This document shows positions 38,891 to 47,290 of a stretch of DNA of 64,000 nucleotides, one piece after another (the stretch's first letter is position 1; each line of letters opens with the position of its first letter). The DNA is from a virus: the IMG/VR virus record IMGVR_UViG_3300031623_001144, positions 3,971 to 67,970 of that record; one strand, 5' to 3'. The translations under genes were made by a program, and so were the position numbers. The notes below the pieces were generated by a model that was not told where the DNA came from, searched no databases, and worked only from the letters and a program-made list of their open reading frames with translations.

Positions 38891-39330
38891 AATTCGATCT
38901 TACTTTTGTAATCACCAGACTCTTGATCGTACTCCAAAACATCCAATGTTTCCCAATGAACATCGTCTTCAGGCACGTATTCTCTTTGTGTGTAGTAAAC
39001 CGCCTCCAACACAAATTCATATTCCTTTTCACGAACCTCATCAACAGTCATTCCGTGAATAAAAATATCCTCACAAATCTCGGCACAGACTCTATAGCAA
39101 TCAGGATGTTTGGCTAAATGAATCCTGTTCATTACAGATGCCGCTTGTCTGGCTTTATCCGTCAACAACAACTTAACGATGTCATTCTTTTCTTCCCCGC
39201 TTCCAAACAATGCCACAGCCGTAAACTTTGCCATAATTTGGCCTGATTTCGGAGCGTGATTTCTGACATCAAAAAAGTAGTTAGCAAAATTCTCTTTATC
39301 AATTACAATTTCTTCAAGTTGTTCTTCCAT
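38887..39330 (-). CDS. Hypothetical protein
   Basis: ORF with GAGGAG SD. Confidence 0.65.
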   Translation of the reverse strand: MEEQLEEIVIDKENFANYFFDVRNHAPKSGQIMAKFTAVALFGSGEEKNDIVKLLLTDKARQAASVMNRIHLAKHPDCYRVCAEICEDIFIHGMTVDEVREKEYEFVLEAVYYTQREYVPEDDVHWETLDVLEYDQESGDYKSKIEL

Positions 39331-39385
39331 ATCTCCTCTTCTCGATAAATGACATCTCCCCTATTAAAGAAAGAAACTACAAATT

Positions 39386-42300
39386 TTACACCAATTCAAA
39401 CTGCATATCGTCTAAATCAATGGTTTTGTCCTCTGATCTCTCAGGTAATTTCATCGGCCTGATTCGATGATCTTCTTCTTTAGGAGGCAAATGTCTTCTT
39501 TTATGCTTTGGAACAGAATCAAATGTAAGAGTGTTAAATCCACCAGAAGGTGGTCTCACACGTATCTTAATCATGTTTCCTTGAGCGATTTCATCATGCC
39601 AACGAATATAATCATCCATCCAAAAGTTCATTTTCATTACACGTGCATTAGCATCTTCAAGTTCAATTGTTTTGAACTCCACATCATTCTTGCTAACACG
39701 ATGCTTTATGGATTTAACCTTAACCTCAACCATACCGGCAGTGTTTCCAGCGACCTCACACTCTGCAAAGAAAACATCAAATGTTCTTCCAGAGAAATCT
39801 GGACTGGTTTCTAACTCATGAGTCCATTGAAAACCATAATACGATCCTTCTGCCATGGGATAAGTGATATTACCATCAAGCTCCATGTCATTCTTCAAAA
39901 TCTTCTCTTCTTCTTCGTCCAATTTGATTGACGCTGGATTAAATTGATCCAAAGTAATTGGGTTATCTGTGTCTTCAGTTTCTTTCTCATGGAAATTCCG
40001 AAGACTGATGCCCCGTCTTTTAGACAAACCTTGAAGTATGCTTAATACAGTAACATCTTTGGTTTTCGTTTCTCCCTTGGTCTTGTATTCAACTTCTGTG
40101 ATCGTGTCATAAAATCGTTCTTCCCATTTCTTCTCAGCATCTTCTGTATAATCGCTCATTAACTCAAGGTCTGGATCACTCTCTGGAACGTGATCTAACA
40201 AAACCGCTTTTAGCTCTTCGAGCTTTTTATCCATGGCTTGTTCAAATCTCTTTTTTCGTTCACGCCTCTTCTTGTCTGAGTCCTTAAAGAACTCAGAGAA
40301 CTTCCGCAAAGTCACTCGATCATATCCCTCATCAAAAACACCCAAGGCAGTCAAGGCTTTTATTGCGGTGGCATCTGTGCCAAACTTGTTCAAGAAGTCA
40401 GTGAAGTTGTCGTAAGGCTGTTCCTCAACAATTCGCTGAGCCACAGCTTCTCCCAGACCTTTGATGTTTTGAAACCCGAAGTAAATTTCATTATCATCTA
40501 TATGAAAATTTTCACGAGATCGGTTAATGTGAACAGGACATATATTCACGTCATGCTTCTCTGCATCGAGCTTGTACTCTCGAAACTTCTCATCATCTTT
40601 CTCACACATCAAAATTGCTGTGTAAAACTCAATGGGATAATGAGACTTCAACCACAGCAAACGAGATGAGATGTAAGTGTAAGCATAACTGTGACTATTG
40701 CTTGTTACAATGCCATTTGGTAAGAGAAAATTGTGGGTAGGATTGGTGACTTCAAGATCACACATTTGTCTTTTGCCCACGTAACGGACTCCCACAACCC
40801 TCCGAGACACCAAACCCCCGGTGTTGGTGATCGGAGCATGTCCTGAAACAACTCGTACCACTCCTCCTGCATCGCTCCTGAACTGCTCTTGAAACATGTC
40901 ATGTCGATCCGAAGCAACATCACATCTCCTCGACGTATCGCCTCGTCCCTCAACATTTCGTCCCGTTGTTGGACAATATGCAGCTTCCCTTCTCTGTTCT
41001 TGCAAGCTGGATTGAAGAAATGATAAAATCCGTCCACCTCGATCCAAATTTTGTCTTTCACAAAATCGACCTGTTTTCTCTCTTCTCCACATCGAATTTG
41101 TTTCATGTCCCATCCTATCTCTTGACGAAGCCATGCCTCCATTCGAGATCGTTTCGGACTTCTCCAAGCTGCTTCTGTGCATTTCGCAAACTTCTCGGGA
41201 TTCTCTTCCCGCCACTTCTTCAATTGTGCAGCACGTTGAGCTTGAATCTCTGGACGAGCCGAAGTCTTCTTGGCTGTCTCGGAAAATATCTTCCTGCGAT
41301 CTGGATGTTCGTTGTCTTTGTTCAACTTCTCCATCTTGAGACGTATATTTTCTTTCTTGATCGCCTCGCACTTCGTACATTCCTTGAAGTGACTCTCCCG
41401 CAACCTCCAAGTCTTGAACTCCATTCCGCAACGTGCTTTGTGAACTACATTGCCCCAACCCAACTTCTGACACTCCGAACATTCTTTGTGATGTTTGGTC
41501 ATCAACTTCTTGGTTCTCTCCACTTTCCCACATCTGGTCTTCCAACCACTCTTCTTCGCATTTGACATAATTCTCTCCTATATGTTTATCAACACATACA
41601 GAAGAGTGTGTTCTGCAAATTTCTCGAAGTGGCATTTGTCCTTTTTCTGTAAGAAACTTATGATCAGCAGAACAAGTCACTTGATAGCCATCATCAAATT
41701 CCACTTCAAAAGCATCTAAAACCCCATGGTCGTGTACTGCAACCACTTCTGTCTCAACAGTATTTCCGTCTTCATTAACGCAAAATACTGTTTCTCCGGG
41801 TTCGAATTCGCATATTGGCTTCTCACCACCGGGATAAATAACCAGTGTGCTCTTGTCAACCGATTTGTTGAAACCGTACTCGGCGAAGCTTTCTATTTGC
41901 GCCCACAAGTTAGTGACAAAATCCTCATTGACTCTAAGATTTTGTTTCCCGTTCTCAACAAACATTTCTTTGTATTTGATGAACCCTTTGACATTCTTCT
42001 TTGAGATAGCTTTTCTAACTTTCTCTGTGTGCATGTCAGGAATACTGCCTACAACTCTAAGAATGTCCATGACCTGTTCTTGATATGCCATGACACCATA
42101 TGTCTTACCCAGAATGCTCTGCATCAAAGGATGAATGTTGTAAGACTCTTCTCCTTGCTTTCTTTTACAATACCGAGCATCCATGCCCATTCCCAATGGA
42201 CCGGGACGGTAGAGAGCAGAGTAAGCCGCCATATCATCGAAGCAATCTACCCCGCCACGTTTGACCAACTTGCGAATGCCTTCGCTATCAAACTGAAAGA

Positions 42301-43255
42301 TGCACTTAAGGTCTGCTTTATTTGCCATATTGAGAGAAGCAGGGTCATTCAAGTATTCAATATCTGACCAATCCCAGCTTCCGGGTAAAGCACAAATCTT
42401 CTCTACGCCATGACGTTCTTTAATCAGATGACACGCAATGGCAATCTGCATCAAGTTGTTAATGACAAGAAGGTCAAACTTAATGAGGCCCACAGGTTGA
42501 AGGTCTTGTGCAGCCAACCCTTCTGTCCAAGCAGAGCAGATGACTCCGTGGGGATTTGCTTTGTTAACCGACCGTACTTCCATTGGAACAAAGTCTCCAA
42601 TGGGCTGATCTGAAATAATCAATCCACCAGCATGAACACCACCCGATTTATTTCTCCCCTGCATTAAATTGGCAGCACTAGAAACATCTTCATGCGCCTC
42701 ACAGTACGCCCTAAATTCAGGATACATTTCAAGAGCTTTGTCCCACTCTAAAACTTTTCCCTCATCATCTTTATCTTCCATCTTAACAGTGATGCCCTGA
42801 ATTTCTGTTTTGGAAAGTCCATGCACTCCTGTCATATCCAGCATGGCTGATTTGATGCCTGCTGTTCCATAAGTTCCAATCTCGCAGATGTTCTCTTGCC
42901 CGAACTTCTCTGCGGCCCACTCACGTTTAAGATAATCTCGCACCGGCTTAAGATAATCGATATCGATATCTGGGAACTCGCCTTGTACGGATGCGCTCTC
43001 CTTATTTACATCAAACTCATCTGACAAGCCCAGCAAAAAATCGATCAGATTATTGTGTTCGTTACAAGAGAACTTTACTTTTCTGTCATAAAGATCAAGA
43101 AAATATTCATGTTCAGCCTGCGCATCAACTTCTTTGATCTCTTTCTTCAAACGACTCATATACTGGTCTTCTTTGCCAAGACCTTTATCATTCAGAGAAT
43201 GTAGACATAGCCTCAAAAGCCTTTCACGTTCCTTCATGCGACTCTCCTTAGTCAA
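39386..43255 (-). CDS. dnaE: DNA polymerase III alpha (DnaE family), C-terminal catalytic subunit; contains an intein
   Basis: FPDIDID, HAGG, KFDLL, IFQF, ALYRPGP, YQEQVM, EYGFNK/SH, PIEFY, HhH IKGLG, OB fold; lacks PHP domain. Confidence 0.93.
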   Translation of the reverse strand: MTKESRMKERERLLRLCLHSLNDKGLGKEDQYMSRLKKEIKEVDAQAEHEYFLDLYDRKVKFSCNEHNNLIDFLLGLSDEFDVNKESASVQGEFPDIDIDYLKPVRDYLKREWAAEKFGQENICEIGTYGTAGIKSAMLDMTGVHGLSKTEIQGITVKMEDKDDEGKVLEWDKALEMYPEFRAYCEAHEDVSSAANLMQGRNKSGGVHAGGLIISDQPIGDFVPMEVRSVNKANPHGVICSAWTEGLAAQDLQPVGLIKFDLLVINNLMQIAIACHLIKERHGVEKICALPGSWDWSDIEYLNDPASLNMANKADLKCIFQFDSEGIRKLVKRGGVDCFDDMAAYSALYRPGPLGMGMDARYCKRKQGEESYNIHPLMQSILGKTYGVMAYQEQVMDILRVVGSIPDMHTEKVRKAISKKNVKGFIKYKEMFVENGKQNLRVNEDFVTNLWAQIESFAEYGFNKSVDKSTLVIYPGGEKPICEFEPGETVFCVNEDGNTVETEVVAVHDHGVLDAFEVEFDDGYQVTCSADHKFLTEKGQMPLREICRTHSSVCVDKHIGENYVKCEEEWLEDQMWESGENQEVDDQTSQRMFGVSEVGLGQCSSQSTLRNGVQDLEVAGESLQGMYEVRGDQERKYTSQDGEVEQRQRTSRSQEDIFRDSQEDFGSSRDSSSTCCTIEEVAGRESREVCEMHRSSLEKSETISNGGMASSRDRMGHETNSMWRREKTGRFCERQNLDRGGRILSFLQSSLQEQRREAAYCPTTGRNVEGRGDTSRRCDVASDRHDMFQEQFRSDAGGVVRVVSGHAPITNTGGLVSRRVVGVRYVGKRQMCDLEVTNPTHNFLLPNGIVTSNSHSYAYTYISSRLLWLKSHYPIEFYTAILMCEKDDEKFREYKLDAEKHDVNICPVHINRSRENFHIDDNEIYFGFQNIKGLGEAVAQRIVEEQPYDNFTDFLNKFGTDATAIKALTALGVFDEGYDRVTLRKFSEFFKDSDKKRRERKKRFEQAMDKKLEELKAVLLDHVPESDPDLELMSDYTEDAEKKWEERFYDTITEVEYKTKGETKTKDVTVLSILQGLSKRRGISLRNFHEKETEDTDNPITLDQFNPASIKLDEEEEKILKNDMELDGNITYPMAEGSYYGFQWTHELETSPDFSGRTFDVFFAECEVAGNTAGMVEVKVKSIKHRVSKNDVEFKTIELEDANARVMKMNFWMDDYIRWHDEIAQGNMIKIRVRPPSGGFNTLTFDSVPKHKRRHLPPKEEDHRIRPMKLPERSEDKTIDLDDMQFELV
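40697..41863 (-). mobile_element. Intein (389 aa) in DnaE between GFNK and SHS
   Basis: Block A SVDKSTLV, block B CSADHKFLT, block F/G MCDLEVTNPTHNFLLPNGIVTSN, +1 Ser; removal restores FAEYGFNKSHSYAY. Confidence 0.9.
40705..41568 (-). CDS. Vsr/DUF559-like (EDxHD-type) homing endonuclease nested in the +1 frame inside the intein
   Basis: QVDFVKDKIWIEVDGFYHF...RD...R.G..LLRI; basic Cys/His N-terminal DNA-binding region; own SD AGGAG at 41575-41579. Confidence 0.85.
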   Translation of the reverse strand: MSNAKKSGWKTRCGKVERTKKLMTKHHKECSECQKLGWGNVVHKARCGMEFKTWRLRESHFKECTKCEAIKKENIRLKMEKLNKDNEHPDRRKIFSETAKKTSARPEIQAQRAAQLKKWREENPEKFAKCTEAAWRSPKRSRMEAWLRQEIGWDMKQIRCGEERKQVDFVKDKIWIEVDGFYHFFNPACKNREGKLHIVQQRDEMLRDEAIRRGDVMLLRIDMTCFKSSSGAMQEEWYELFQDMLRSPTPGVWCLGGLWESVTWAKDKCVILKSPILPTIFSYQMAL

Positions 43256-44301
43256 TCATAATCTTCAGGGCTGGATTCATCTTTACCAAACCCCAGAGGT
43301 TCTTCGAAATCTTTGTCTTTTACTTCTTCTTTCATCTTGCTGAGAGTCTTGATGGCGTCTTCGTATTTGTCTTCCAAAATCACCACTGCAACGAACAACT
43401 CTTTAAGATGAGCGATACTGAATTTATCAGTATCCTTAACCCACTTATCTAAGTCAATGTCAAGTTCTTTAACATCTTCCTTGCCAATGAGATGATCGAA
43501 GTAAACCCTGCGAGATGCTTTACTTGGAAATCCGATCTTAAATCTTTTGTCAAATCGACTAGGACGATTGATGATCCGGTGCCCAAGTTTGTCTGGATAG
43601 TTTGTGGTTGCCAAAAATACCACTTTATCCACTTCGTTGACGCCATCAAGAATGTTTAAGATTTCTGATTCGTTATTCATTTCCAGAAGTGCGTCAATGT
43701 CTTCCATGACAGCCACAACTGGGCAATCAGGCTGAATCTTTCTTAACTTTCTTAAACCATCAATAAACAAATCTGGTCTGTGGAATTCAATGACAATTCC
43801 GCCACGCTCCACAACATCTGCCATGATGAGTTGAACAGTACAACTTTTTCCGCTTCCCGGAGGTCCATAAAGCATGATACCACGCTTGTAAGTCAGATCG
43901 TACTTGCGGAAAATTTCTTCTCTTTCCCAGAAGTTTTGAACTTCTTTAACAACCTTTTCCGATTTGGTGTCAGGAAACTTAATTAAACCTTCAGTCCTTA
44001 CAGGAATTTTCTCAAAGTAAAGACCTTGCTGACATGTATTGATCTCATACACGCCCGGCTTTAACTTCCTTACTGTTTTCCCAATGGGAAAGAATATTGT
44101 CCCATCTGAACTACTCCACTGCTTGTAGGCAATGTCGAATTCATAATCCTCGTCCTCATCATAAGGATCGTAATTTCTTTTGGCAGGCATACGTCTTCCT
44201 TTCTTTGGTTTTCCAAAAATTCTTTCGAGAAGCTTCTTAGCTGATTCACTTTCCCTTAAGGGTGGTGTTTTGCGGGTCATTTTTACATCTTCGACTTTCA
44301 A
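43252..44301 (-). CDS. AAA+ ATPase
   Basis: GIMLYGPPGSGKS, MEDID, LNILDG, TTNYP, RPSRFD. Confidence 0.9.
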   Translation of the reverse strand: MKVEDVKMTRKTPPLRESESAKKLLERIFGKPKKGRRMPAKRNYDPYDEDEDYEFDIAYKQWSSSDGTIFFPIGKTVRKLKPGVYEINTCQQGLYFEKIPVRTEGLIKFPDTKSEKVVKEVQNFWEREEIFRKYDLTYKRGIMLYGPPGSGKSCTVQLIMADVVERGGIVIEFHRPDLFIDGLRKLRKIQPDCPVVAVMEDIDALLEMNNESEILNILDGVNEVDKVVFLATTNYPDKLGHRIINRPSRFDKRFKIGFPSKASRRVYFDHLIGKEDVKELDIDLDKWVKDTDKFSIAHLKELFVAVVILEDKYEDAIKTLSKMKEEVKDKDFEEPLGFGKDESSPEDYD

Positions 44302-44369
44302 TCATAAATATCAAAGTCATTATAGCAAAATTACAGAAGCTTTCAAGATACATAAAGAAAGGAGGAAAC

Positions 44370-44756
44370 ATGGCCCTAAAATACAAACTAGAGTTTAGCT
44401 GGGATGAAGGAGACCCTTCTGATCCCGGAGTGTACATCCAATTCAAAGGCTTTAATCCGCCTATTTACAGACCACATACAGACAAGGAAGATTATGATGT
44501 TCTCCCAGCAGAAGAGAAGCATGACTTTCTTACAGGGATCTTTAACATTCAAGGAGTGGTTGAAGTTTCAAGCAAAGCATACCGAGTTTGGCTTATGAAG
44601 TCCCCAATATATGATTGGGAAGAAGTGTTAAATCCAGTATTGATTTTTATTCAAGATGAAGCTGGAGAAACTGAATTAGACGAATTACCGGGATCAGGAA
44701 AAATTGATGGTTCTGGATTCACTCTGGATAATCCTGTGAATCGTAGAGATCGTTAA
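44370..44756 (+). CDS. Nfu/NifU N-terminal-like domain protein
   Basis: AAGGAGG SD; IFNIQGVVEV......V..MK....DWEEV; TAAATA/TACATA upstream. Confidence 0.55.
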   Translation: MALKYKLEFSWDEGDPSDPGVYIQFKGFNPPIYRPHTDKEDYDVLPAEEKHDFLTGIFNIQGVVEVSSKAYRVWLMKSPIYDWEEVLNPVLIFIQDEAGETELDELPGSGKIDGSGFTLDNPVNRRDR

Positions 44757-45523
44757 ATATCTCTGAAAGCGACTGGCTCCCAGTCGTTCTTAGAACAATA
44801 CTCTAACATTTCAATGAATGCCTTTTGACGAATCTCTAAAGGCATTCCATGTCCAGCAAATACAGGAATTGCACCATCAGGCGTTCCTTCAAGGTCTTTA
44901 ATGAACAACTCAGATGTGTAGCAAGGATTCCTGATATTGCCATTAAGAACCCCTGTGACAAATATCATCTGAGGATCGGTCTCTCCGGGGATGTAATAAG
45001 ACACTTCTTTTCTGTCCCACGGAGCACAAGCAAGATGCCTGTCAAAATTTTCAAAATTTGGCTCACGTGGTTTATATCCTGCACGACAATATTTGTAATC
45101 AAGATTTTTAAGAATTTCAGCCGCTTCAACAGTAGCACGATAAGAAGGATAACCGAAAGTAACAGGTTTGGGCAACCCATTAGATTTCATTGCCTGTTCC
45201 ATGTCTTTAATGGAATATGTTAATTTTTCTTTACTTAAAGATTCTACAGAATCATGAGAATAGCTGTGATTGGCAATCTCAAATCCATCATCTGACATTT
45301 CTTTAAGTTGTTGCCAAGAAATTTGAGGCTCTTCAAGTTCTGTGCCATCCCACAGACGAGCTATGGCTGTAATAAAGAACGTAGCACTAAAGCCATAATC
45401 CTTTAATGCTTTTGCAGTAAACGTATAGTTTGACAACATTCCGTCATCAAACGTGAACGTCAGTTTTCTTTTCAATAACACCAACCCACCACTTCCCTTC
45501 TTCTTCACGTTCCAAATCTTCAT
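44753..45523 (-). CDS. Polysaccharide deacetylase (CE4/NodB), second copy
   Basis: TFDDG, ATFF, EIANHSYSH, FGYP; true start probably near 45480. Confidence 0.88.
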   Translation of the reverse strand: MKIWNVKKKGSGGLVLLKRKLTFTFDDGMLSNYTFTAKALKDYGFSATFFITAIARLWDGTELEEPQISWQQLKEMSDDGFEIANHSYSHDSVESLSKEKLTYSIKDMEQAMKSNGLPKPVTFGYPSYRATVEAAEILKNLDYKYCRAGYKPREPNFENFDRHLACAPWDRKEVSYYIPGETDPQMIFVTGVLNGNIRNPCYTSELFIKDLEGTPDGAIPVFAGHGMPLEIRQKAFIEMLEYCSKNDWEPVAFRDI

Positions 45524-46016
45524 TAAATTCTTTGTACGGAATGGTTAAGACTTTTCCATCCCATTTAGTGACAGATTTTGTTACATGTGGAGCACCGTTT
45601 CTGCCAGCAGTAAGAATGATCGCTTCTTGAACTTTAGGATGGGCCATCAAATGGTCCACCATCAGTTGAGATGTCTCAGGACTAGGTCCCCAAAGATAAT
45701 ACACGTCACAAACTGGAAACTCCGCATTCCTGATCCTAAAGAAATTGCCAACCTTAACCGTGAGGCCACGTTTTATAGCAACAGGAAAACGATCTGGGTT
45801 CATCTCGATGCCCACAACGCTCTCGGCATACTTAGCGAATTGATACAGCATATCCCCTTCTGCACATCCAACATCACATAAAGATTTGCCAGAGACTATT
45901 TCTTTTAGACCCTCTGGTGCGCTAGACGGGCTTCTCCAAGGGAATACTCTAAGCCACTCGTCTTTGGTTGCTTCTCTGATCGGCACTGGATCAAGTTCAA
46001 TTTCAATGATTTCCAT
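45447..46016 (-). CDS. Class I SAM-dependent methyltransferase, paralog of 33391..33957
   Basis: FPWRSP, CDVGCAEG, VVGIE. Confidence 0.8.
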   Translation of the reverse strand: MEIIEIELDPVPIREATKDEWLRVFPWRSPSSAPEGLKEIVSGKSLCDVGCAEGDMLYQFAKYAESVVGIEMNPDRFPVAIKRGLTVKVGNFFRIRNAEFPVCDVYYLWGPSPETSQLMVDHLMAHPKVQEAIILTAGRNGAPHVTKSVTKWDGKVLTIPYKEFNEDLEREEEGKWWVGVIEKKTDVHV

Positions 46017-46068
46017 GCTTTATAGTAGTTAGGGAGTTTTCAATTACAAAATTTACATAGGCGCATAA

Positions 46069-46614
46069 TCACTTTGTCACAACTGCTTCGCAAAAACTTC
46101 TAAGTTCTCCATCACTAAATTCATTCTTAGCTATCTGAGCCATATAAGACACAAACTGAATATTCCCATTCACGTATCCCTTGGATGAATCAATCCTATC
46201 TAAGCTGGCCCGGTCTGGAGTTTTAGGAAGCTGATTTTTAGTGCTCATGTTTTCCATGTTCTTCAACTCCCAACCAGTGTATGGACATCTTCCTTTTTGT
46301 TTATCCCAAACACCTTTAAGGTCTTCAAGAGTAACATCAAATTCATGCTTTCTCCTTTTAGCATTTCTATAATGCCAACGAAAAGGAGAGAATTCATCAG
46401 CTTTATTTCCGGGGTCAAGATGATCCCATCTTTTGGACTCGGACGGGATATTATCAGCAGTGCCCTTTCCACAACACTTTCTGCTACAAAAATTGCGTTT
46501 ATGTTCTCGCTTGAGACAGCGATCATGCTCAGCTTTCCTTCGATGGAACTGTGTGCCACAAACATCACAAGTTAATTCGATTGTTTTTTCCATGCAATAT
46601 ATATCAGTGCGCAT
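46069..46614 (-). CDS. Free-standing HNH-type endonuclease
   Basis: CDVCG...FCSRKC zinc finger; Q.GRCPYTG; ASLDRIDSSKGYV.GNIQFV...N. Confidence 0.85.
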   Translation of the reverse strand: MRTDIYCMEKTIELTCDVCGTQFHRRKAEHDRCLKREHKRNFCSRKCCGKGTADNIPSESKRWDHLDPGNKADEFSPFRWHYRNAKRRKHEFDVTLEDLKGVWDKQKGRCPYTGWELKNMENMSTKNQLPKTPDRASLDRIDSSKGYVNGNIQFVSYMAQIAKNEFSDGELRSFCEAVVTK

Positions 46615-46615
46615 G

Positions 46616-46652
46616 AAAAAATCCCATCCGCTCCATGTGAGCGGATGGGATT
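46616..46652 (-). terminator. Terminator downstream of tmRNA
   Basis: AATCCCATCCGCTC/GAGCGGATGGGATT hairpin followed by U-tract on minus strand. Confidence 0.9.
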
Positions 46653-46660
46653 AACTTGAG

Positions 46661-47263
46661 TGGACCGGACGGGGTTCGACGTTTTTACCTACAGGTTTCC
46701 CTGAGAACGGACTATATCATCACCCCAAAGGGTGTCGGACGCTCGTGGCGGTAATTAAGAGGACTTTACCTCTCCGCTAGTCTCTGCACCTTCCTGTGAT
46801 GTATCACAGGCTTGGCTCAGGATTGCCCTCGGCGATACCGTTAGGGTTTCCCTGAATTCATCCGATTTGCTCAGAATGTTTCCAAACTGAGGGGCTCTGC
46901 TACAAACCCGTGTCTTGCTCTATAATCAGAGCGGCTTCTACGATCATATCCCTTGATTTGATCTCGCCGTATCGACGCCCACAAGGAAGCGGCTTCTCAA
47001 CAGCCAGTTGAATTTGAGTCTCGTTTTATCGACCTATCAACATTCGGTCTCAAAAACCAGCCTGAAGTTATACTCTTTGAACGTATCAGACATCCATTCT
47101 CAGAGCTTCGGACGGCCTTAAGCCGTCACAGCTTACGCTGCCATGCGAAGAGGTGTTGTGTTTTCGACAACTAAAAGTTTGATCAGATTTTTACGTGGCC
47201 TTCTGATCAACCACGGATCGCAACCATCTCATCAAGATAGCCAATCGATTCCAATTCCAGCCC
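46661..47263 (-). ncRNA. ssrA: tmRNA (377 nt after splicing), intron-containing
   Basis: 5' GGGCUGGAAUUGGAAUCGA; 3' CCGGUCC-A giving an acceptor stem with G3-U wobble; T-arm ACGGG-UUCGAAC-CCCGU after splicing; tag ORF 47133..47168 VENTTPLRMAA*; CCA not encoded. Confidence 0.93.
46680..46905 (-). mobile_element. Group I intron (IC3-like, 226 nt, no ORF) in the tmRNA T-loop
   Basis: 5' exon ends in U pairing with G in P1 (GGGU/GCCC); core P AAUUCAGGGAAA, Q AAUCCUGAGC, R GUGCAGAGACUA, S GAUAUAGUCC; terminal omega-G. Confidence 0.92.
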
Positions 47264-47290
47264 AAGTTTTCAAAGAACAAATCCAGTTTT

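Noticed and set aside
40966-41565. 199-aa plus-strand ORF inside the intein (possible third coding frame)
   Set aside because: Codon-aligned antisense shadow of the nested endonuclease; no SD or motif recognised.
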